Virus record (IMG/VR): IMGVR_UViG_3300035670_011119
Location: 11,598-75,597 of that record
From: a virus
Reading direction: 5' to 3' (one strand)
DNA: 64,000 nucleotides
Made by a program: the position numbers and the translations under genes. Every line of letters begins with the position of its first letter. Position 1 is the stretch's first letter. The notes under the pieces are model-generated. The model had not been told where the DNA came from. It saw only the letters and a list, made by a program, of their open reading frames with translations, and made no database searches. Positions 49,210 through 57,970 of this stretch are shown here, piece by piece.

Positions 49210-50957
49210 TAAAAACTTTCAGAAATGAACATATCTGTCAAAGATCCAGGTATAATTTTGCCATCCTTGTCGATACCACGATGCGTTACTTTTGGTTCGT
49301 GTCTTTCTTTTGGGTGTGTGAACACCTCGATCACACACGGTTTATTATATTGTTTGGCTGCGGTTAGGCAATCAACAATTTCACTATTATCTGATATTGA
49401 GTAATATTTGATATCAAAAGCATTAGCAATAGATTTTATATTAGGTATTGACACGCCATTTTCTGGACCACTCGCAAATTCTTGTCCTTTAAAAAAAGAT
49501 TCCTGTGTTAGTTTTATAGATAGATATCCCTGATTATTTATTATTATTATCGCTATTGGTAGTTCATGATGCTTTATGGTTTGTAATTCTTGAAGATTCA
49601 TCATAATACTACCATCACCTTCTATGCATATGGTTTTGCTTTTATTTTTTGCTATACAAGCACCTATGCTCGATGGTAATCCGTATCCCATGCTTGCGCA
49701 TCCGACATTTGTAAAAAGTTTTTGATTAGTATGTAGTCTATAGGACTGTAGTGTAATAACATGTGCGCTACCATTACTAGTAACTATTGTTTCAGTATCC
49801 CATATCTCTTTTGCTAGATGTATTAAATAGTAAAAACTAGCATAGTTTTGTATATTTTTATGTTTAATGTGATAATATTCTTGTTGTTTTCTAATATTAT
49901 TTATCTGAGATAGCCATTCGATATTTGTTTTTATCTTTCTAGAATCATTAGAAATCGAGTCGAAAAACACATTAAGATCAGACACTATTGCTAAATCTAT
50001 ATCAAATGGATGTTTTTTGATTTCGTTATGATCTATATCCACCATAATTTTTTTAGAATTTGGCGAGAATTCTTTTGTATTATATCCGGTCATTTTTACA
50101 GGAATTCTTGTTCCTAAACAAATTAACAGATCGGACTGTTGTACAATTTGATTGGATGTTAATTGTCCTAGAATACCTATTCTACCCATATAATGTTTAT
50201 AATTATTATCAATACAATCTATACCAGAGTGTGGGCCTGTTACTATTGGTAAATTATATTTATTTAGAAATTCTAATAGTTTTGTAGAAGTATTTGATAA
50301 ACAAATACCATTACCTGTTATCACTAATGGTTTTTCGGCATTGCTTAATAATGTTAGGAATTGTTCTATATCAGAAATAGTGATGGATTTTTGTATGTAT
50401 TCCTCTGTATATCTTTTACATTTGTCACAATCTATTATGGCTCCTTGTATATCTAATGGAATATCTATCCATACTGGTCCGGGTCTACCAGACATGCTAA
50501 TTGTATATGCTTTTTCTAATTCATAATATATGTCGTATGGATCTAAAATTATTGTTGAATATTTTGTAATTGGTTTTACTAGATTTACAATATCAAATTC
50601 TTGATCTCCTATTTGTCTACAACCAGTATTTTTAGATAGTTGCGATCTAGGAACTTGTCCAGAAATAAATAATCCAGGAATACTATCTGTCCACATACCC
50701 ATAAGACCAGTTATGGTATTTGTACCTCCAGGACCTGTGGTGACTATGTTGGCACAAAGCTTGTTTGACTGTCTGTAATATCCTTCAGCAGCCATTGCTA
50801 TTGACTGTTCGTGATGAAAACAATATGTATTTAATTTATCTGAATGCGTTCTTAGGCTATCTACAAGATGTATACAGCCACCACCAGATATAGTAAATGC
50901 ATCAGTAATATTTTTTTCTATTAAAAATTCTATAACGATATCAGATATTTTTTTCAT
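49209..50957 (-). CDS. ThDP-dependent acetolactate-synthase-like enzyme (YerE-like carboligase)
   Basis: HHEQ..AMAAEGY, TTGPGGTN, RQIGDQE, GRPGPVWIDIPLD, SMGYGLP and the ThDP motif GDGS..NN. It sits in a sugar cluster with rfbH. Confidence 0.9.
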   Translation of the reverse strand: MKKISDIVIEFLIEKNITDAFTISGGGCIHLVDSLRTHSDKLNTYCFHHEQSIAMAAEGYYRQSNKLCANIVTTGPGGTNTITGLMGMWTDSIPGLFISGQVPRSQLSKNTGCRQIGDQEFDIVNLVKPITKYSTIILDPYDIYYELEKAYTISMSGRPGPVWIDIPLDIQGAIIDCDKCKRYTEEYIQKSITISDIEQFLTLLSNAEKPLVITGNGICLSNTSTKLLEFLNKYNLPIVTGPHSGIDCIDNNYKHYMGRIGILGQLTSNQIVQQSDLLICLGTRIPVKMTGYNTKEFSPNSKKIMVDIDHNEIKKHPFDIDLAIVSDLNVFFDSISNDSRKIKTNIEWLSQINNIRKQQEYYHIKHKNIQNYASFYYLIHLAKEIWDTETIVTSNGSAHVITLQSYRLHTNQKLFTNVGCASMGYGLPSSIGACIAKNKSKTICIEGDGSIMMNLQELQTIKHHELPIAIIIINNQGYLSIKLTQESFFKGQEFASGPENGVSIPNIKSIANAFDIKYYSISDNSEIVDCLTAAKQYNKPCVIEVFTHPKERHEPKVTHRGIDKDGKIIPGSLTDMFISESF

Positions 50958-52027
50958 TGAATATCATTAACAGTGAGAGGTTGATCTTTTTTAAGGTCTC
51001 GTTTAGCGATACTATTGGTTTCTATAAAAGTTCTAGAAGATAGTTGATTAATTTCTGGCTGAAAAGGGATCGCACAATATAGATCAGATAGAGTGATACT
51101 ATCTCCGGCACGAATATTTTTATTCAAATAAAGACCTCTATGTAATGATGTTAGATAATTCGTTTCTTTGTCGTCTATATTGCGTCTTTGTGATGAACTG
51201 ACACCACACATTTCTATTGCTTTACGATAAGCACAAAACCATTTATCTATTTGCTCGGGCAATGAGCAGTATTTACTAACTTCTTTTTGTTCATCATTTG
51301 GTCCATATGGTATATCTATATGTCTTTCCCATGTCCTAGCTCCTTTAGCATATGAAATCAGCATAGAAGAATACCAATCGCCATATTCATGAGTAGATAA
51401 GCCTATAATATGGTTAGGATATCTTTGTTTTAAATAATCGATTTGATGTAATTCTAGCTCATGATCTTCGCTTGGATATTTAGAAATACAGTGATTAATT
51501 GCTAAAGAAATATTTCTTTTTTCAAAGAATGTCACAACATCATCTATTTGTTTTTCGTTTGCTCCACCAGTTGATATTATAACGGGTTTTTTGGTTGATG
51601 CAATTTTATTAAGTAAAACCCAGTCATTTATATCTGAACTAGCAACCTTTATTAAAGGTAAATCCATATCAACGCACCAATCGACAGAAGTCTCATCAAA
51701 TGGCGTAGCCATTGGTAAACAATTTCTGTGTTTAATAAATTTTACTAATTCGTAAAATTTTTCATATGATAATTTAGTTCTGTTTGTTTTTTGAATGTAT
51801 CTAGTTCTTTTGGAAAGATCAATAAGATTATTATCAATACCTTCCATAATAAAATTTTTATGTATAAACGTATCAATATCTCTAAACTGTAGTTTTATAG
51901 CTGCTTTAATATTATGTTTTCTAACAATGGCAGAGAATTGCTTAACTATATTTTTACCTCTTTCTAAGGAGCCCCAATGATTGTTTGCTAGCTCAAGCAC
52001 GAAAAGATCATTAAATATATTATTCAT
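50954..52027 (-). CDS. NeuB / N-acetylneuraminate synthase family protein with SAF domain
   Basis: ELANNH.G, IKLQ, TPFD, IKVAS, PVIISTG, HC.SKYP, GLSTH, ERH, and a C-terminal SAF-like domain. Confidence 0.9.
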   Translation of the reverse strand: MNNIFNDLFVLELANNHWGSLERGKNIVKQFSAIVRKHNIKAAIKLQFRDIDTFIHKNFIMEGIDNNLIDLSKRTRYIQKTNRTKLSYEKFYELVKFIKHRNCLPMATPFDETSVDWCVDMDLPLIKVASSDINDWVLLNKIASTKKPVIISTGGANEKQIDDVVTFFEKRNISLAINHCISKYPSEDHELELHQIDYLKQRYPNHIIGLSTHEYGDWYSSMLISYAKGARTWERHIDIPYGPNDEQKEVSKYCSLPEQIDKWFCAYRKAIEMCGVSSSQRRNIDDKETNYLTSLHRGLYLNKNIRAGDSITLSDLYCAIPFQPEINQLSSRTFIETNSIAKRDLKKDQPLTVNDIQ

Positions 52028-52323
52028 ATATGTTTCCAGTCTTTGGTATTAATATTTTTATCATCTATAAATAGATCATAATACGGCTTACCAAATTTAA
52101 TTTGATGGTATTTAACACCCCATTTAGCAAATTGTTCTTTAGTAACTTCTGACCAATCTATACCACTCTTTGTTCCTCTTGCTGTCCAATATACAATAGT
52201 ATGTCCGTCTTCATACAGAGCGTTGGCTTTTTTGATATTATCAACTATTGGTATACTATCATTATAGTCTGGCTTGTTAGGACTATAACAAATAGTATCA
52301 TCTATATCTATATATATTACCAT
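52024..52323 (-). CDS. Small HAD-superfamily phosphatase (capsule-biosynthesis type)
   Basis: DIDDTIC, WTARG, GKP, FIDDK. Confidence 0.88.
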   Translation of the reverse strand: MVIYIDIDDTICYSPNKPDYNDSIPIVDNIKKANALYEDGHTIVYWTARGTKSGIDWSEVTKEQFAKWGVKYHQIKFGKPYYDLFIDDKNINTKDWKHI

Positions 52324-53276
52324 ATAAATTTATCTTTATAATAATTAACTATGTTAGACAATTCTAGATCAAAGTTTTTAGTTGGGGACCAACCCAAAGC
52401 TCTCAACTTGGAATCATCTAGTGCGTACCTAAGATCTTGTCCGGGACGAACCAACGAAACATCTATATATTTATCATAGTCCTTAGAGCCGGTTGCTGCA
52501 AGTATAACTTTTTTAACAGTGTCTATGTTTTTCTGTTCAAAACCGCCACATATATTGTATATTTGGTTTTTAGAAATATGATGATTATCAATAACACACT
52601 GAACCGCCCTAGCGGTATCTTCGGCATGAAGCCAATTTCTTATGGGCTCTCCGTTATTATGAAGAGGTATTTTACGATTAAGCCCTATGTATTTGCATGT
52701 TTTTGGAATCAATTTTTCTACATATTGGCCAACACCATAATTATTTGTTGGTCTTAATATAATATATGGTATCTTATATGTTCTACCCCAAGCCATTATT
52801 AACATATCTGCGGCTGCTTTGGTAGCAGAATAGGGATTACTGGGTTTTAGTATATCTGTTTCTAAATGTGCGCCATCAAGAATATCCCCATATACTTCGT
52901 CTGTACTAAAATGAACTAATGTTGGAAGACATTGATTTTCTTGTCTATAGTTTCTTAATAGTTCTAATAAATGATAGACACCATCGATATTTGATCTAAC
53001 AAAGTCTTCACTTTTAGCTATAGAATTGCCAACATGAGTTTCTGCTGCTGTATTAATAATATAGTCACAATCATATAAAAATTCTATATGGTTTATATCT
53101 TTTTGTTCAAAAGTAAAATTAGTATATTTATTGAAATCTGATAACAAATCAAGATTAGCCGCGTATGTTATTTTGTCTATACCTCTAACATACCAGCCTT
53201 TATTTAGATATGCTTTGGTTATATAAGATCCTATAAATCCTAAACACCCAGTAATGTAACAAATTTTTTTATTCAT
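52317..53276 (-). CDS. rmlB: dTDP-glucose 4,6-dehydratase-like
   Basis: GCLGFIGS, DKITYAA, AAETHV..SI, STDEVYGD, PYSATKA, NNYG, RPGQDLRYA. Confidence 0.88.
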   Translation of the reverse strand: MNKKICYITGCLGFIGSYITKAYLNKGWYVRGIDKITYAANLDLLSDFNKYTNFTFEQKDINHIEFLYDCDYIINTAAETHVGNSIAKSEDFVRSNIDGVYHLLELLRNYRQENQCLPTLVHFSTDEVYGDILDGAHLETDILKPSNPYSATKAAADMLIMAWGRTYKIPYIILRPTNNYGVGQYVEKLIPKTCKYIGLNRKIPLHNNGEPIRNWLHAEDTARAVQCVIDNHHISKNQIYNICGGFEQKNIDTVKKVILAATGSKDYDKYIDVSLVRPGQDLRYALDDSKLRALGWSPTKNFDLELSNIVNYYKDKFIW

Positions 53277-53358
53277 CTTTTATACTCAATTTTTTACATA
53301 TTATTTGATAATCAGATCATAAGATTTCATAAAAATCAGAATATGAATCACAATATTA

Positions 53359-54261
53359 TTAGCCAATAGGCAGCCATGTATCAGGATAATAATTACAGTT
53401 ATAGAAATTGCATGTGGTTGGATTAAAATAATATTTTGGGCATACAATTTGTTTGTGTGGATTTTTGCATAGTATTGATGCCATTATACTAAATGTGCTA
53501 TTAGCATTAATGATATGGTCGCATAAAGATAATGCGCACAAGCCGCTAGAGCTAGATAATTTAGGTAAAAATACTGTTTCAAATCTTGCTGGTAGTCCTT
53601 TAAAAAAAACTTCATTATGTTCTGGCATATCGCTAAATATAACAAATATGCATTTTGCAGGATCGAACTGTAGAATAGCTTCCTTATAATATATTTGTGT
53701 AAGTTTTACTTGGTTGATAGCATATGAAGAATATCTATATTCATATCTCATACATACGCCCACTTTTTTTTTGTCTGTATATGGTAGTAGTGTTCGACAA
53801 TGTTTGAGTAGTGTTGTATCGAATTCCAATAGCTCGATGATTTTATCAGTATATTTATGCCAAAAAGTACAGAAACCAAATCTGCCGTGTATGTTATAGC
53901 TTTTTTGGGGTGATATTTTATTAGATAGTTCTTTAAGAGAATAATGTTGGTTGCATGGTAATTGGCCATTATTTATTGTTATTGTTTCAAATTGAAGTTT
54001 TGTATTATCTTCAAGTGTTTTAAATTTGATTGGAATATTTGGGAAAGTTTCTTGTATTGTTAATTTAAATGGTAGAGCATTATCGTTGAACCAATTAAAA
54101 GCAATGAATTGATTATCGTCTTCTATGTGTTTTATAATAGCTGGTGTTTTTTGGGTTTCCAGACAGAGAGCATAAAGCCCAGCGTATTCTAAAAGTCTAG
54201 AAGCGAAACCTTCAATATTTCTTCCGTATGTTTGTATAATATATCCATTATTATTTGTCAT
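53359..54261 (-). CDS. GT11 alpha-1,2-fucosyltransferase-like protein (divergent)
   Basis: FVIFSD, SLCDHIINANSTFS and YYPDTW; the HxRRGDY motif is replaced by CMRYEY. ATG at 54261. Confidence 0.8.
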   Translation of the reverse strand: MTNNNGYIIQTYGRNIEGFASRLLEYAGLYALCLETQKTPAIIKHIEDDNQFIAFNWFNDNALPFKLTIQETFPNIPIKFKTLEDNTKLQFETITINNGQLPCNQHYSLKELSNKISPQKSYNIHGRFGFCTFWHKYTDKIIELLEFDTTLLKHCRTLLPYTDKKKVGVCMRYEYRYSSYAINQVKLTQIYYKEAILQFDPAKCIFVIFSDMPEHNEVFFKGLPARFETVFLPKLSSSSGLCALSLCDHIINANSTFSIMASILCKNPHKQIVCPKYYFNPTTCNFYNCNYYPDTWLPIG

Positions 54262-55079
54262 ATGGATATCCAATTTGGAGGATAATAATTATGATTAATA
54301 ATATGCGCTATTTCGTGTTGATCGATGACATATTTTTTCGGGCATACTATTTTTTTATTTGGGTTTTTATTAAGATATGCGGCCCACCAGCTAAATGAAC
54401 TGTTAGCAATGATATTATGATCACATAAGCTCATCAAACATAAATCTAAATAATCTGTGTTACCATCAACATAAGTAATATTGCTATGTAATGTATTCAA
54501 ATTTTCTTGGCACCATAATACATCATTAGAAAAAATTATTAGCTGAACATTGTTTAAATCATAATTGGCTAATGCTGCGCTATAATATTTTAAATCCAAT
54601 ATTGGATAAACAGCATTTTGTGGCAATAAATAATCACCCCTTCTAACATGTAAACTAATTGTAATTTTGCTATTTTTTATAGTGGATAATATGTTTTGTG
54701 CTTCATTTAAGATATTGGTTTGAAATTGCAGATTATCTACTTTAGACTTAATGGTATGGTACCAATAATGATAAAGATCAAACCTAGACATAAAAGCATA
54801 ATTGATATCATGACTTAAATTAAACACATTATTGTCAACATGTACATAATTATTAACTTGTACAAATAAAAAATGCTGTAAAGAAGAGTCATCTATTATA
54901 GATATTGGCACATCTAGTAGTTCTGCGAACTTAAAACCGAACCCTATACTTAAAGAGACCTGTGGGAACACAAGCTTTTTATTGTTTATTTCTGCTATTG
55001 ATAGCATAGAACAATATTGTTGTATTTGAGAGCCTAAGTTACCAATTTCGCCTATGAGCGGCAATGTCATATAACTCAT
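54258..55079 (-). CDS. GT11 alpha-1,2-fucosyltransferase family protein
   Basis: GNLGSQ..QY, LHVRRGDY, IFSND..WC, MSLCDHNIIANSSFSWWAAYL. Confidence 0.93.
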   Translation of the reverse strand: MSYMTLPLIGEIGNLGSQIQQYCSMLSIAEINNKKLVFPQVSLSIGFGFKFAELLDVPISIIDDSSLQHFLFVQVNNYVHVDNNVFNLSHDINYAFMSRFDLYHYWYHTIKSKVDNLQFQTNILNEAQNILSTIKNSKITISLHVRRGDYLLPQNAVYPILDLKYYSAALANYDLNNVQLIIFSNDVLWCQENLNTLHSNITYVDGNTDYLDLCLMSLCDHNIIANSSFSWWAAYLNKNPNKKIVCPKKYVIDQHEIAHIINHNYYPPNWISI

Positions 55080-56440
55080 TTATTCTCCAGCACAAATTGA
55101 TCTACTGTGGACTCTATGTAGTCTAGTTGCTGATCTGTAATTCCTGGATATACTCCAAGAAAAAATGTATCCATAGTGGATTTGGTTGCAATTGGAAATA
55201 GTTTATCACAATCCGGATATTTTTCTGCCAAATCGCTATATGCTGGATGAAATAGCGCGTTGCCTGTGAAATAAGATCGCGTTTGAATTTTTTTGCTTTC
55301 CAAATATGATACTATCTTGGCTTTGCTAAATGGAGCATTATCCTTGAGCGTAACCAAAAAACCAAACCAAGAAACATCTGCTTTGTCTAGTTTTTCTGGT
55401 AGTATAAAATATTCAGGATATTTAATAAATATATTATATAGCTTTTGAAAATTGTATTTTCTACGACTATGCATATATTCCAATTTTTTAATTTGTTCTA
55501 ATCCCATAGCCGCCTGCATTTCTGTTGGCTTTAGATTGTATCCAATTTCATCAAATACATATCTATGGTCATAAATGATATCTTTTCTTTGTTTAAACCA
55601 TGTATTAAATCTAGTACCACACGCAGTACCACAAGTTACGTCTCCCGGCTTTTTGGTGTTGCAATAGCAGGCTCGTCCCCAATCTCTTAGACTAGATACT
55701 ACTATTCTCTCTTTCAGATTATTAACACCAACATATCCACCCTCTCCTATTGTCATGTGATGGGCTGGGAAAAAAGAACAACTAGATAAATGACCAAAAG
55801 ACCCTAGCGGCTTATTATCCCATGTTGATCCGAGAGCATCGCAAGTATCTTCTAGAAAGATTAGATGATATTTATTAACTAAAGACATCAGCCTATCCAT
55901 GTCGGGAGGATTTCCCAATACATGAGCGAATATAATACCACGAATTTTTTTATCTTTATCAGTAGCTAACTTTGCTTCTACCTGATCTAGATCAAGATTC
56001 AAAGATGGTAATGTTACATCCACAAAAAGTGGTTCAAAACCATTTTGAATAATAGGATTAATAGTTGTTGGAAAACATACTACAGATGTTATAAACTGAG
56101 ATCCTGCTGGTAGATTAAAGAGCCTCTTAGACTTACAAGCGGCTAACATTAAAAGATTAGCAGAAGAACCGGAGTTAGTTAAAACTCCATCCGTTTTGCC
56201 CAAATATGGAGCAAAAACAGTTTCAAACTCTCGGGCTTTATGACCTAAAATTAACCATTCTTCTAATAGACTATCTATAGCAGCAACATATTCGCTATGA
56301 TCAAAAAAGGGACCAGAATACGTTACCCATTGTTCGTTTGGTTTCCAATATTTTTGGTATTTCTTTTTTTGTTGTATATAAGATTGTACTAGTTTTAGTA
56401 TAAGTTGTTTTTTCTTTTTAAGTAGCCATTTGCTGAACAT
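55076..56440 (-). CDS. rfbH: NDP-4-keto-6-deoxyhexose 3-dehydrase (RfbH/DdhC/E1 type)
   Basis: NSGSSANLL, EDTCDALG, SFFPAHHMT.GEGG (His in place of the PLP Lys), RDWGRACYC..C..CG Fe-S motif, YDHRY..GYNLK. Confidence 0.9.
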   Translation of the reverse strand: MFSKWLLKKKKQLILKLVQSYIQQKKKYQKYWKPNEQWVTYSGPFFDHSEYVAAIDSLLEEWLILGHKAREFETVFAPYLGKTDGVLTNSGSSANLLMLAACKSKRLFNLPAGSQFITSVVCFPTTINPIIQNGFEPLFVDVTLPSLNLDLDQVEAKLATDKDKKIRGIIFAHVLGNPPDMDRLMSLVNKYHLIFLEDTCDALGSTWDNKPLGSFGHLSSCSFFPAHHMTIGEGGYVGVNNLKERIVVSSLRDWGRACYCNTKKPGDVTCGTACGTRFNTWFKQRKDIIYDHRYVFDEIGYNLKPTEMQAAMGLEQIKKLEYMHSRRKYNFQKLYNIFIKYPEYFILPEKLDKADVSWFGFLVTLKDNAPFSKAKIVSYLESKKIQTRSYFTGNALFHPAYSDLAEKYPDCDKLFPIATKSTMDTFFLGVYPGITDQQLDYIESTVDQFVLENK

Positions 56441-57347
56441 AGTAGTCATAAATCCTGGGTATGTTATCTTGGAATGATGAAAACTTAAAATTCGGTATTG
56501 TTTTATTTAATAAGTCTGAAGAAACATCTTTTCTAATTTGACCATCTGGTTTAGATGTATCATAATTAATTATCCAATCATTTTTACCTAATATTTTAAG
56601 AATTTCTTTAGCCATATAGTCTATACTAAGATTAGAATCTGGCGGAGCAACATTAAGACTATTTGTGATATTTTTATCTATAATAATTCGAATAATTTTA
56701 GCCAGATCACCAGCATACATAAATTGACGCATGGGTTTTCCGGTACCAAATAATTGAATATGTTTTTCTTGTTTCTTTTCTGCTAAAACTATTTTATATA
56801 GCAGTCCTGTAATAAAATGCATCTTATTAGTATTATAAAGATGATCAAATTCACTATATAGATTACAAGCTGATAAATAATTATACTTTGTACCAAATTG
56901 TTGGTTCGCAGCATCGATTTGAACCATCATTGCTCTTTTGGCATATCCATAAGCAAAGTTTGTGTTTGTTGGAGGTCCGTTGTGAACATCATTTTCGGTC
57001 ATAGGATATTCTTTAGCAATATCTGGAAAAGCGCATGAGCTACTAATAGCTATAAATTTTGGAATCTTGTATTTGATTGCGGCTTTAATAATATTAGTAT
57101 TTATTAATACGTTTTGTTCAAAAAAATCATAAGGATATGAGATATTATCGATAATACCTCCTACTTTAGCCGCAGCATGAACTATTGTCTCTGGTTTATG
57201 TATAGATAAGAATCTATCTATAGAATCAAACTCTAACAGATCAAGTTCTTTCTTATTGGGACATAATGCGTGTTCAAGAATTTTTTGTAAATGCCTACCC
57301 AACATTCCATTGGCGCCAGTAACAAGAACTTTATGATAATCCATCAT
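56418..57347 (-). CDS. fcl: GDP-L-fucose synthase-like epimerase/reductase
   Basis: TGANGMLG, AAKVGGI..N, SSSCAFP, YGYAKR, NLY, H, GTGKPMRQF, KPDG. Likely start at 57347. Confidence 0.9.
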   Translation of the reverse strand: MMDYHKVLVTGANGMLGRHLQKILEHALCPNKKELDLLEFDSIDRFLSIHKPETIVHAAAKVGGIIDNISYPYDFFEQNVLINTNIIKAAIKYKIPKFIAISSSCAFPDIAKEYPMTENDVHNGPPTNTNFAYGYAKRAMMVQIDAANQQFGTKYNYLSACNLYSEFDHLYNTNKMHFITGLLYKIVLAEKKQEKHIQLFGTGKPMRQFMYAGDLAKIIRIIIDKNITNSLNVAPPDSNLSIDYMAKEILKILGKNDWIINYDTSKPDGQIRKDVSSDLLNKTIPNFKFSSFQDNIPRIYDYYVQQMAT

Positions 57348-57963
57348 AGTAAGAATTTTGTTTTTCTTGTTTTGTGATAGTTTTTTCGTGTAGCAAACAA
57401 AACTGTGGTTCTGGTGGTAATGATCCTTGAGCCGTGGCGCCAACTATAATTTCGTGTACTTTATTTTGCCAAACTATATGTGGTAAATTTTTTAATATTC
57501 TTGCTTGATAGTCTGGAAAATTAATTCTTTGTTTAACATCTAGATTCCAGTTCCATTTTATTATATGATCTTGTGTTAGTCCGGCAACATAGTTTTCTCT
57601 TGGAACCCATAACAATTCTAATACTGAATTTTGGCTCAATATGGTTTTTATATGTTGTAATAGGAATTGGTTGGGAATTTCATCTGCATCTATTTGAAAA
57701 ATATATTCTTTAGAACATATTTTTTTAAGTTTATTTTTCCAATTAGCAAAGTGATTGTCAAATTTATCTGCATAATATTTTATATTGCCATAATTAGCAT
57801 GATCATTACATAATGTATTGACCTGATCATTAGATTTTGTAATATCATGTAATACTACAATTTCGTCTATAGATAAATCAATATTTTTTAGTAAATGAGT
57901 TAATAAGTTATTTAACTCAATATATTCATCACAAACTGTAATAGCATAAGAAATTTTTATCAT
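57331..57963 (-). CDS. Glycosyltransferase family 2
   Basis: ISYAITVCDE, FANWKN, IFQIDADE, PR.N, FPDYQ.RI, W..KVHE. Start at 57963. Confidence 0.9.
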   Translation of the reverse strand: MIKISYAITVCDEYIELNNLLTHLLKNIDLSIDEIVVLHDITKSNDQVNTLCNDHANYGNIKYYADKFDNHFANWKNKLKKICSKEYIFQIDADEIPNQFLLQHIKTILSQNSVLELLWVPRENYVAGLTQDHIIKWNWNLDVKQRINFPDYQARILKNLPHIVWQNKVHEIIVGATAQGSLPPEPQFCLLHEKTITKQEKQNSYYDGLS

Positions 57964-57970
57964 TTTAAAT

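Noticed and set aside
53277-53358. Intergenic stretch with repeated AATCAGA/AATCACA
   Set aside because: Too short and AT-rich to distinguish from chance; no convincing ORF, hairpin or promoter.
54258-57347. Plain colitose pathway (ColD + ColC + GT11)
   Set aside because: The dehydrase keeps the RDWGR.C.C Fe-S motif of RfbH/E1, which ColD lacks. Not fully excluded without assays.
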